A stretch of DNA of 64,000 bases from Octopus vulgaris (Eukaryota): positions 112,778,001 through 112,842,000 of the forward strand of contig OX597818.1 of the NCBI GenBank assembly GCA_951406725.2. The letters are read 5' to 3'. Position 1 is the first letter of the stretch. The number at the start of each line of letters is the position of its first letter. The translations under genes and the position numbers were made by a program. Below are positions 52,642 to 64,000 of this stretch, one piece after another. The notes beneath the pieces were generated by a model. It did not search any database. It was given only the letters and a program-made list of their open reading frames with translations, and was not told the DNA's origin.

Positions 52642-53366
52642 ACGTAAGTTATATTAGTGTTGAGAAATCTTAGAATCCTTTGCTTAGTGTATTCGACTGC
52701 TGGTTTGGATAATCCAGTCGTAGTGAGAAGAACGTCATCCATGTATAATCTTCCTGCTATTTCGGAGAAGGAAAAATGGGTAATTCCACTGAGGCAAAAT
52801 GTGCTAGGAGAAACTGAGAATTTAAGAATATTTAATCTTTCACTGTATTTTTAGATTTGCCAAAACAAATGTTTCGAAGGTCTTTCCGAGATAAATTAGT
52901 CTTCCGTTTCGTTTCCCCAAGACTAACCAAACGCTTAAGGTTTTGATAGGAATTACGAGTTCATTGACTTCAACTAAGCAATACTAGTCAAGTATTAAAT
53001 GTATTGCTTCTAATCCATTATTGATTGTGAGCCCAGATTCATGATTACGTTTTATAATTGATAATATTCATGCAATTTTTAGCAATTTATACATGTTCTA
53101 ATAGACATTGCAGATATCTAAACTAATCGTTAATTACGAGAGGCCTTTGTATTTTCATATTATGAAAGACAACACGATGCAAATTAAATTAACTATATTG
53201 AATTATGGTACCGCTTTTCTGTATAGGGACTAATAATGGACTGGCGTGACAAAAGCAGTCAATAAAAATTCATAAAATATATTTCTTTATGAGAGTCGAT
53301 TAAACACACACACACACACAGGCGCGCACACAAATGTATATATACACATGACTATATGTAAATGTA

Positions 53367-53524
53367 CAGGAATGGCTGTGTGGTAATTACCTTATTTTAG
53401 CAAGAACATGGTTCCGGTTTCGGTCCCACAACGTGGCACCTGGGGCAAGTGGCTTCTACTATAGCCTCAGGACGACCAAAGCATTGTGAGTGGATTTGTT
53501 AGACAGAAACGGAAAGAAGCCCGT

Positions 53525-53528
<4 letters not shown>
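53367..53528 (+). mobile_element. SINE family A, 5' half
   Basis: caggaatggctgtgtggtaa...gtggcacctggggcaagt...gtgagtggatttg. Confidence 0.8.
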
Positions 53529-53603
<75 letters not shown>

Positions 53604-53639
53604 TAATGGATCTGTGTATTTTTCCATTGTATACACTTA

Positions 53640-54430
53640 ATACGGAAAAAATAAACAGTTACCAGGGCAGGAAATAATCACACAAGTAATAAGGACGTAA
53701 CACTCTGCTTGTAAAGGTAGAGCTCCGGTTTGATGTGAAATATTTTGTATAATATATATGGATAATTGGAATTTAACGCAAGTGTTATTCAAATTCCTTT
53801 ACTTCCGCCACATGTTTCGAAGACTACATTGGTATTTTTCCAAAGCAATAAAATGGTGAGAAACTATGTAATCTTCTAATCAGGGAAAGAAAGAAATAAG
53901 CCAAAATCATCAATAAGACATTTTAACAGAATGTGATGGATGGGTATAATGATGAATGGAACGCTATTAAGCTTTCTTTTTAAATAACTGTTAGAGGATA
54001 TAATGTGAAAGGTAGCCCATAGGCTCATAAGTAGCATAGGAAAGAAATAAGCAGAAAAGTAATAAGTGATAAATATAGAGCGATATGTGAATTAAATAAA
54101 AGCTTAAAGGCTTGGGAAAAGATATATCTAATGGAAGTGAAATGTAAGAAGAAAATCAATGTTTAAATTATATATAATGATAGATATATATGAACTAAAG
54201 GTATGTTTCTGCCAATGTTTACATCGATAAGCACGTTTTATAACCGTGTTTACAAGGGGATTCTTAGAAAAAAGAATAGAAAATAGTTCAGTATGATAGA
54301 GTTGACAGAATTCTTTGCCTTCAGCATATGGGAATAAAACGGAGAGAATCACCGAATCAAAATTAAATTGTTTATTATGGTCCTTTAGATACCAAATTAA
54401 TTACACTAAAGATCACACCGACCATATCAA
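53640..54430 (-). mobile_element. 3' end of a Penelope-like element (Naiad-like GIY-YIG C-terminus plus 3' region with degenerate hammerhead)
   Basis: Minus: IWYLKDHNKQFNFDSVILSVLFPYAEGKEFCQLYHTELFSILFSKNPLVN...CKHWQK. Hammerhead-like motif at 53889-53802 with an 11-bp stem II (GAAGAUUACAU/AUGUAGUCUUC) and an ACAUGU palindrome. Confidence 0.7.
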
Positions 54431-54489
54431 AATTGTACATTAGATTCGTATGACACCCCAAATAAAAATATAACACTGCCCAACCACGT

Positions 54490-55160
54490 ATCTAAATCGA
54501 GAAAGCGTGAAATTATTTGGTACGCCTCTACATTTTGCCTTCAAATAAATTTGTTACCGAAACTTTTCTTTGAAATTTTAAAATCAAACTTTCCGAAACA
54601 CCATAAATACTATTTTATATTCAATAAATCTTCTCTGAGAATCTGTTACTCTACAAACTCTAATTTAGGATTGATAATATCCTCTATTAATAAATCGAAA
54701 ATTCGTGCACGGACAGGTAAATCTAATGAGTCAGATAAATACAATATTCTTGATCAATTTCCCAACTATAAAACACACGCAACTCTTAGCTCCATAAAAT
54801 TGCCCAGTCTGGAATTACTACTCACAAACTAACTAACACTATTGACTAACAAACTAATACTCCGGCTCCAAATTTAAATGAATTAAATACAAAACTGCAA
54901 AAAAAGGGAGAAAAAACGATGCAATTGTCGCTTAAAAGCTTCCTGTCCTCTTGTGCGCGATATAACGTTATTTATACATGTTACAAGATGCCCAATCTAA
55001 AATGTACACCGTTAGTACCAGCGATTTTAAGCATAGAGATCGAACTCGTATAAACACTTTTAATAATCCTAAATATAAAACGGCTAGCATGATTGCATAG
55101 TATATCCACAAGCTCAATTCAGAAAACAGAATGTATACACTAAAATGGTCCATTGAAACC
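54490..55160 (+). mobile_element. Penelope-like element fragment (Naiad-like linker, CxC..CPL zinc motif, GIY-YIG endonuclease), disrupted
   Basis: RKREIIWY...FFEILKSNFPKHHKYYFIFNKSSLRICYS..N..II; KRCNCRLKASCPL; NVIYTC; YTVSTSDFKHR...NTF; YIHKL...LKWSI. Confidence 0.75.
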
Positions 55161-55369
55161 GAGATTTTTCGTGTTTTCATCCAAAATGGAGACGAACACC
55201 ATCCCTTCATGTGATCAACATGCAAAATTGATAAGAGTTTAATATATTTTTATTAACGTTAAAACATTGGGAGCCTTAATACACAAATAAAGAAATTTTA
55301 TCCACCAGTGCGATGTTGAGCACGCATTCTCATTGTACGTATATATGTATATAGGCATACTGGCAGTAA

Positions 55370-55730
55370 GCATTGGCATTGAGAGCTATACTAACCCCCG
55401 AATTGGATCTCACTACATTGTTCAAAAGGTCCCTGCTCTACCGCCTGTACTGAGGCTCATGGACTGTAATAGCTCGGGATTCAAATACCCACAGCTATTT
55501 AACGCCTTGCCAAGACATCGAAGGGATCTTCATGGAGTAGGGGTAGATGTTTTCAAGAAAAATATTTGACATCCAGTGTCCCAGGCGAAGCTATAGCAAG
55601 TCAGGAAATCGAAAATGAGCAGCAGTTTCGAACTCACGCCCTCACCAAAAGGCATTGAAAAGCTGATTACTCTGATGGTGCCGCAGCATGTCCCTAGCAT
55701 TGGTGTTGGAATTTATAGAAGAATAAAAAC
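55370..55730 (+). mobile_element. CR1-group LINE 3' fragment
   Basis: GIESYTNPRIG...CNSSGFKYPQLFNALPRHRRDLHGVGVDVFK is homologous to 36930-37130; tail ggtgccgcagcatgtccc...agaagaataaaa. Confidence 0.7.
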
Positions 55731-55781
55731 TATCTGCCTATCTATCTATACACACACACACACACACACACTCACACACAC

Positions 55782-55852
<71 letters not shown>

Positions 55853-56202
55853 TGTGTGTCTGTTTGTGTGTAGGTCCAACCTGCCGTTGCTTGTTCGTTC
55901 GAAGCCTCAACAGTCCATGAATTTTATATTTTTAAAATTTTTGTATGCTGCTGTCTAATGACGTTTTCTTATCTAGTCGTTAAAAGCACGAAATAGGAAG
56001 TAATTAACAATCCGACAACTAATGAGCAGTTATCTTATGTTGTTATTTTCTCCCGTACAATTTATGTCGTGTGTTTACGTATATTTCACTCGTTGGTGAT
56101 GTGTTGTACACGATGTGTATTTTTCATCTTTTATTTACTCATAATCGAACGCCACGCAGCCTTGACCAGAGTAAGTTCCTATAGATATCCAATATAGGTA
56201 TA

Positions 56203-56248
<46 letters not shown>

Positions 56249-56922
56249 TGTATGTATATATATATGTGTGTGTGTATGTATATATGTATATTTCTTTATG
56301 TATATATATATGCGTATGTATGTATATATGCAGGCATAAACATATAAAAGTCACACATATTAAAACAGGGAAGATGGAGGGAAGGCGGGAGACAGAGAGA
56401 AAGAGAGAAGAATAGGAGAAGTCGAATTTGCAAAGCTTATGAACTTTTCTGACTACTAAGCGTTATGCAAATGTAATAATATACAATTTTGTCTATTTTG
56501 TTTTCGCTCATTAATTACGTTATTCTAAATACATATTAAGTTAAATCTCCCTAAACATGGTTAACGAATGACTTTAGTTGATTATAGCATTGACAAACTT
56601 TCTTCATGTGAATAATTTAATAACTCTCCGTTCACTTTATGAGCAGAACAAAAACAAAAGAATGAAGCAACTGAAAGAGTTATCTAATCTGAAATAAAGA
56701 GATCGCGGATGGACATTTCTTACAGAAATATGTCCCTATACGGAGATGCCTCATACATTAGGCGAGCTCCCATGCACACTCCCATAACCGGTCTTCTAAA
56801 TAGGGTTCGACATCAAAATTTTAATTAAAACTTATTATCGAACATAAGATTATAGAATACGAAATGCCAAACAAGACTTTATGGATTTTAATATTTTCAC
56901 TTTTTGGTTCTGAAGCACAATC

Positions 56923-57189
56923 CTAAGGCACTGGAACATAATGTGCCTGTGTTCATACAGTAGTACGCATGACACTGTCTTCATACATTAGTACACTAAG
57001 GCACTGGAACATAATGTGCCTGTGTTCATACAGTAGTACGCATGACACTGTCTTCATACATTAGTACACTAAGGCACTGGAACATAATGTGCCTGTGTTC
57101 ATACATTAGTACACATGACACTGTCTTCATATATTAGTACACTAAGGCACTGGAACATAATGAGCCCGTGTTCATATATTAGTACACAT
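56923..57189. repeat. Minisatellite, 73-bp unit x about 3.7
   Basis: Units start at 56923, 56996, 57069 and 57142 (ctaaggcactggaacataatgtgcctgtgttcatac...). Confidence 0.95.
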
Positions 57190-57234
57190 AATCCGTCATT
57201 TACAACGACGACGGAATGCATATGATTCGATGAA

Positions 57235-57500
57235 CGTTACATTCTGCTCGTCAAATTAGCGTACAAGTATCTAAGCTTTCCACAGACAAGCATTCACTTC
57301 ACATAACTCTCAGGAAGATTCAGCGTGACACAGAGTGCTACTACGAATTAGAGGTGGAACACGCTTTTGCGAGGTGGGTGGACCTGAGTAACGTGAAATA
57401 AGGTGCTGCGATCAAGGACACAATGCTTCACAAAGAATCGTACTCAGGTCCTTATGATCGTGTGCTGAACACCGGAACAACTAAATCACGCTGCTTCACG
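57235..57500 (-). mobile_element. Degraded SINE related to family C
   Basis: aacgtgaaataaggtgctgcgatcaaggacacaatg resembles aacgtgaaataaagtgccttgctcaagaacacaac at about 22845. Confidence 0.55.
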
Positions 57501-58308
57501 CATTAGTATATATGTATTTATTCGGTTTAAAAAATTAAGACAGTATTAAATTAAAATAATCAATTAGGTTTCATAATTGGCCAGGTATTCTGGTATTCAT
57601 TCTGAAATGACATGTTATGGCGGTTCCGAGTCAAAAACAATAGCATAAAACAAAGTGGAATGGAAAGTCCTTCCAAAAGCAGGCAATGAAAATGCCAAAT
57701 ATATTTCGGTCTTTTGGGTCAATGTTACTGACATGTATTCACGTCCAGGTATAAGCCTTAAAAAAAAAGTATTCGGCAGATTAAATATAGGAAATAGCAA
57801 ATCAAACACTGACGTTGCGAAAAAATCCAGCAGAATAGAAATCAGATATACACAATAGAGGCAGTATTAAGTCATACAGCTAAGTATCATACCTAAAGTA
57901 TAGACACAGTTGATGTGCTAGTTCCGGTGGTATTCATCCTGAAATAAGATATCTTGAGGGTGTGATGGGTAAAAAATTGAGGAAATGTCGGTGACATTCC
58001 AGTAGATACCATGATGTATTCAAGATGCATTTCCGGCTTTTTAGGATTGATCTGTGCCATGTGCTCCAAAAGGTTTGAATTGCATCTGATGTTATATGAT
58101 CCATTCTTGGGTGATGTCATTGACATGTCGGTATTTATTGTATCAACGGAGTTTGTATTTTAAGTACGATGTATACATTGCTCTCTCGTTGTCTGCGTCT
58201 CTCTCTCTTTCACTTTATATATTCATATATATATATATATATATGAATATATATATATATATATATATGAATATATATATATGAATATTTATATGTATAT
58301 GTACATGA

Positions 58309-58352
<44 letters not shown>

Positions 58353-58677
58353 ATGTATATATATATATATATGAATATATATATATATATATATTTATTT
58401 ATATATGAATATATATATATATGCATATACATACACACACACGTTCAGTTCGCTTCGTGTTATGCTGGTTGAAAGACGCTGCACGAAGCTGCACAGGATA
58501 TAATGCCCGGTTGTGTATGGAAGGTGCCCAAAATGTGTGCAATAGAAACATGTGTAGCTCGTTGTAACCACCAAAATATATATTTATGAAATTGTAAAAT
58601 TCTCAATCCTTATAATCATTGCTTAATTACACAGAAAGGGAGAGAGAGAACGTGAGAGAGATAGTGAGAGACGGATT

Positions 58678-58680
58678 GAC

Positions 58681-58737
<57 letters not shown>

Positions 58738-58738
58738 T

Positions 58739-58780
<42 letters not shown>
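58678..58780. repeat. (GATA)n microsatellite
   Basis: Direct reading. Confidence 0.95.
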
Positions 58781-58782
<2 letters not shown>

Positions 58783-59180
58783 GAACATACTCGTATATAT
58801 CTAGTTCTACATTCAAATTAATAAAGGTTTTGTGATTTGCTCAAATAAAAATGCAATTTCATGCTATAAATCGGAAGCAATCTCCCTACCTAAAACAGAT
58901 ACGTTTAAAAATTTATCAGAATATCCTTTAATGTAAGAGGATCAAACTCTTATAATGGCGTTATTTGGTGATTAATTCCCATAATTATTTAGAAATTATA
59001 ATTATTGATTGGCTTATCAGAAATAATACAAAATAGGCCTTATCACACACGTATATCTATTTTCACATTATGTTTCGTAGTACCCCACACTTCCACACAC
59101 CAATTGCATTGCGCTTGCGCATGTCCCCTCTCTGAAAATATACGGGTGTGTGTGTGCTTCTGTGAGCATGTACGTATACA

Positions 59181-59569
59181 TTCTTTTACTCGTTCCAGTC
59201 ATTTGACTGCAGCCATGCTGGAGCACCGCTTTTAGTCAAACAAATCGAAACCAGGACTTATTCTGTTTAAGCCTAGTACTTATTCTATCGGTCTCTTTTT
59301 CCGATCCACTAATTTATGGGGACGTAAACACACAAATATTGGTTGACAAGTGCGGGTAGGAGAACAAACACAGACAAACAAATACACACAGTCAGACACA
59401 CACACACACACATATAAATATATCCCATGGGCTTCTTTCTGTTTTCGTCTGCCAAACCCTCTCACAAGGCTTTGGTCGGCCCGTGGCCATATTATAAGAC
59501 ACTTTCATAAGGTGTCACGCAGTGGGGCTGAACCCGGCACCATGTGGTTGGAAAGCAAGCTTCTTATCA
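59181..59569 (-). mobile_element. SINE family A, near full length
   Basis: Tail, central domain and most of the head are present. Confidence 0.88.
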
Positions 59570-61304
59570 CATTCATATCTCTATGTACATATCTGCAAAC
59601 TCACACACACACACACACACATACACACATACACGCACATTCTTACATAGATGCATGTAGACATATGCATACACAATATATAAAATCCCGTCGCTTGTGG
59701 ATGATACTGGCATTATGAAATCCATTATCACAGAGCAGCACGTACCTCTCCAATTCTAAATAAAATAATACGAATTTGACATTCTCTAAGGAACAAGCAT
59801 TTAAAAAAAATATTTCTCGTAGCTTGCAGTTTAATCTCCTATACATTGGATTTTTGTCTGGGCCATGCAGTAAATGCTTTTCACATCCTAAGATTTTTAA
59901 ACAGAAATATTATCTTAAACATATCTCACCTACTTCAATATAAAATGCATTTAAAGATCACATCATTCATCCGTCCTACGCCTGTATTTAGATTGGCGGG
60001 CGAATTGTGTGAACACAGTCCAGAAGCGCTACCATAGGGTTCTATAGAAGCAAACTCCATTACACTTTCCGCCCGGATTCTTAAACGTAGTAGATTCAGG
60101 TTATGAATATTCTCCGATCATATCATTCTCGATCTATTCCAACGTCTCAAGCCGGTCGGCTTGGCTTGAAGAATGGGATATTCTTGTGATTCTTTTCTGC
60201 GATATTCTAATCACATATCTGCAGTATCGAACTTTTGGGTTAGTCTTATAAGTCACCGAATAATAAGTTCTTTCTAGAGATAAAATCTTCCGTTCAATTC
60301 ATAAAATTAACGATATCTGACGAAAATTGTAGTTAACTGTATCTAAGGGAAATGGAAGCTTTCTGGTTGACAACACTTACTTAGAAATAATGAATTGTTC
60401 GCTGGGGTGAATATGATAATAATTAATCTAAAAACGCAAATGAGTCTGTCTGACATCGATTTGTAGCTGTTCAAATGACATTTCATGAATTACCCCACTT
60501 CTTTATTTACTGGTCAATAAATAGGAATTGAAAGAGATTTATCGGTATAAATTGATCAGCACAAATGAATTGTAAACTATATACAATACTTAGACTTATA
60601 AAAGATAATTAAGTTTCTCGCTGAAATTTATGTGTAAAAACAGTGCGGAAAAAAGCAATATATTAATAGTGATTTAAACCAAACAAATGAAGCTATATTT
60701 AGATCTGAACAGGAAGACATGCGCATCACACACCTACGTTTTATTTCTATTACCGTCCTTTATTACCCTTGTTTATTTTTCCTTTTTTTCATTTTCACAT
60801 TTTTTAACCTGTATGTTCTGTTGTGACTGGAGAAAGTCATTTTCTTTTTGTGCCTTATAATATAACACACACTCTGGTAAAATTTCCACTTATTTCTTAT
60901 TTTCATTTTCCTAAAATTTTCGTTGCGTCTTGCAACCTTTTCAATAGTTTTGACTCTGTCCGTTATTTACACTGCGTTCGCTTTCGTTTGTTAGTGCGCA
61001 TGTGTGTGGGTCAGTGTGTGTGTGTGTGTGTGTGTCTATGCATGCATGCGTGTACGTATGTAGGTGTGTATTTATGTATGCATGTGTATGAATGTATATA
61101 TGCGTGTGTGTTCATCTGTATGCATGTATCCTGTATATTCATGTGCTTTCAAGTCCGTGTTTGTGTATTTTCTATGCATGTGTGTGTGTGTGAGCGTGTG
61201 TTTGTATATGTATGCACCTCTGTCTTCTTGTGTCTGCATGCCTGTATGTGTGTGTTATGCAACTATGTACCATGTTTATATGTACCTTTGCACACGATTG
61301 TATG

Positions 61305-61670
61305 TTTTCTATCCAAATCCAGTGGCTAACCTTTTTCACTGTAGTTTGGATATCGGACATGGTGGTATTTACCTTACGAAGAGTTAGGGCTAGCGATAAC
61401 AACAGTCGACTCAAACTGTGTCCAACAAACACTCTACATCTGACTCCGATTGTGAAATGCTCTGCTTTCCAGCCTACTTCTTCACATTCCTCGGGGATGT
61501 TTACATAACCTTCGAGCCCGAGCGCCGTCCATGTTAGATTTCTCACTTTCATTCACCGCATTAAAATGTCCGGTGTTTTTCGTAAGTGGGATGGGAAAGT
61601 GTCCCTGATACCCTGGTAAGTCTGTAGCAACATCCCAATCGCCATTCCACTGTTCATGGCTCACAGGAAG
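61305..61670 (-). mobile_element. 3' fragment of an RLE non-LTR retrotransposon (HERO/NeSL-like)
   Basis: Minus, across frameshifts: WDVATDLPGYQGHFPIP, TPDILM, EECEEVGWKAEHFTIGVRCRVFVGHSL (compare GW...VEVGCRGF), VKKVSHWIW. Confidence 0.65.
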
Positions 61671-62169
61671 TTTTCTTCTTCTTCTTCTTCTTGAAACGGA
61701 TCTACTGTGGTGCTCTCTGTGCCGCGCTTTTGATTGTTATTGAGATATTCAAAATGTTTAGTTCTTACATATATTCACCCGATGAAAACGGAGTTTTGGA
61801 GTGATGCAACACTTCTTTTCAACAATAAAAAAAAAACACGTCCGAAACTGCTGCAGTAAACTACAATCCAACTATTGTTCTTTTGCTAATATAAGTATAT
61901 ATGTAAACTGTCCTTGAATCAAGGTATCCTTGGCCTGAAAAGTAACGGACTGTATACACCTCGCTTGGATGTTTACCACTAATTATGTTCCGCTCGCTAT
62001 GAAACACATGTAGCGTCGATCTTGTCTACGCCATTCCTTAACTCTTATATTCCTAATCGCACACACGGCAACACTGGTTGCCTACCGTAAAATGTAAAAA
62101 AACCTTTTTTTCTGTTTATCGTACTTCGATACGAAAAACTCCGCACACTTTCGTCTCAATAAACCAATA

Positions 62170-62385
62170 TGCTTTTCTACTGTAGGCACAAGGCCCAAAA
62201 GTTTTGGTGGATGGGGGGGGCAGTCGATTATATTGACGCCAGTACGCAACTGGTACTTAGTTTATCGACTCCGAAAGGATGAAAAGCAAAGTCGACCTTG
62301 GAGAAATTTTAAGAACGTTAAGACGAAATATCATAAAGCATTTTGACAGGAGCGCTAACGTTTAAGCCAGCGTTGTCGCCTTCTC
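62170..62385 (-). mobile_element. SINE family B
   Basis: ctggtacttagtttatcgactccgaaaggatgaaaagcaaagtcgacc. Confidence 0.8.
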
Positions 62386-62453
62386 AATAAACCACTATTG
62401 TCCCTAGAATTTGTTTTTTTATATTTAATATGGATTCCTTGAAGCCAACTTGA

Positions 62454-62499
<46 letters not shown>

Positions 62500-62538
62500 A
62501 AAAGATCCCCGGATCTGATACATATACTCAAAATATGA

Positions 62539-62590
<52 letters not shown>

Positions 62591-62863
62591 AACTATGGTT
62601 ATAGAATAAACAAATGCAAGGTCATCCGCATAACATTTCATAATTCGAACATTTAATCATAGAATATACATATAAACATCCCGCAAGATGGAACATAATT
62701 CATCTGTATAAGCATATAAGAAAGTGCGAGAAAAAAGTTCATCGCGGTTTAGAGTTAATACTTTAGCGATTCAGAAAAATATATTTTTTTAAAAAAACAT
62801 TACAACACTTAGAAAGTAAAAATATAATATAAAGTAATATATAAAAAATATATAGCTATATAA

Positions 62864-62899
<36 letters not shown>

Positions 62900-62901
<2 letters not shown>

Positions 62902-63200
62902 AATCCAAACGGGAAACAAAAAAACAACAACAATGGAACAATTACAGTATTATTATTAATTGGCGCTCAGGAAATGGAAGCAGGGAGGTATGACGTTTCG
63001 AGCGGAGCTCTTCGTCGGAAACATAAAGAAGGAAGAGAGAGGAAAGAAAGATCCCGGAGCGGGCAACGGAGATAGAGAAAAAAACGACTGGTGTTAGGAG
63101 TAGCACATGGTGAAAGGCGGATGTTTACGATAACAAGAGCAAAGTGGGTTTTTAAAGGCAAAAGAGTGGAGACAAGGTTGGTAACGCAACAGATGTGTGT
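62900..63200 (-). mobile_element. PLE-type terminal region with a hammerhead-like motif (family of 18633-18835)
   Basis: acgtttcgagcggagctcttcgtcggaaacata at 62993-63025 is nearly identical to 18731-18763; next to (TA)n. Confidence 0.65.
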
Positions 63201-63884
63201 GTATGTGTGTGTGTGTGCGTGTGCGTGTGTGTATGTGTGTGTGTGAGGCGAGGTAAAAAAACAAAAATATATGTATGTGTTAGTGTGTGCGTCTGTGTGT
63301 AGGCGTGTGAGGTAGGGCGAGACGGTGGTCAGCATAGCAGCAGCATAACAGACAAAGGTCAGTAGTAAGAAAAGGGAGGAAGGAGGAAGGGAGGGAGGGG
63401 AAGGGGTGGGGGCGTATGTAGCGTGCCAGCGTGTGTTGAGTAGCAGTGTGTGTGTGTGTCCAGTGTCGTGGTAGTATTAGTGGCGAGTAGATTGAATGTG
63501 TGTAAGAGTAATGTATATGTTTAAGCAATGTGTGTATATGTGTGCGCGTGTGTGTAACGAAAAAAAAAGGGGGGTAGGAAAAGGACTCCAGCGGAGGGGA
63601 AGATGGAAGAGTGGTCCCGCGGAGACGGGCGTGGGAAAACCCAACGACAAGCGACATCCCAGGAACGGGCGGGAGGTCTCGTCGGGTCCAAGGGCGAGGT
63701 GCATGCGGCGCGCATGCGTGCGCGAACCGGCGCAAGCGCGTGTGTGCACGCGCCTGCGAGTGTGCGCGTACGTATGTGTGTGTGTGGATGTGTGAGTGTG
63801 TCTGTGTGTATGTCTGGGTGGCAGTGTGTCCGATGAATGTATGTGAGTATGTGTGTATATATGTGTGTGCATAGATGTATGTCC

Positions 63885-63915
<31 letters not shown>

Positions 63916-64000
63916 AGTGTGTATGTATGTACGTGTGGGTGTGGGGAAGTGTGTGTATGTGCATGTGTGTGCGCGAACATACAGGTGTGTGAGTGAGTGC

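Noticed and set aside
56923-57189. CRISPR-like array
   Set aside because: Units are contiguous with no unique spacers, there are no cas genes, and the context is eukaryotic.
57610-58140. Possible degraded PLE C-terminal pieces
   Set aside because: Only very short motif resemblances (EWKVL, PFGAH); insufficient.
63570-63770. CpG-rich patch as a promoter or gene start
   Set aside because: Embedded in GT-rich low-complexity sequence contiguous with a PLE-type end; more likely part of that repeat, and the ORFs have no recognisable product.

Overview
AT-rich, microsatellite-dense animal genomic DNA. The repeat content (tRNA-derived SINEs with internal (TA)n/(CA)n tracts, very many (TA)n, (CA)n, (TAA)n and (TAGA)n runs) looks like Octopus/coleoid cephalopod; this is pattern recognition, not a database result. 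I find no supportable host protein-coding exon, and most ORF-track entries are microsatellite or SINE artefacts. The window is a transposon graveyard: three tRNA-headed SINE families; a near-complete mariner (29252-30543); a deleted maT/DD37D-like element; R4/Dong-like, HERO-like, CR1-group and RTE-group LINE fragments; Penelope-like element (PLE) remnants; and a U6 snRNA pseudogene. The most interesting signals are: (1) short near-perfect inverted-repeat elements next to (TA)n whose arms carry minimal hammerhead-ribozyme motifs with a compensatory U3-A8 core; (2) a tRNA-headed, hammerhead-carrying element with an inverted copy of its head; (3) a U6 copy fused to the 3' tail that is shared by the CR1-group LINEs and the dominant SINE. 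Coordinates were read by eye, and degraded repeat boundaries are approximate (about +/-10-30 bp).
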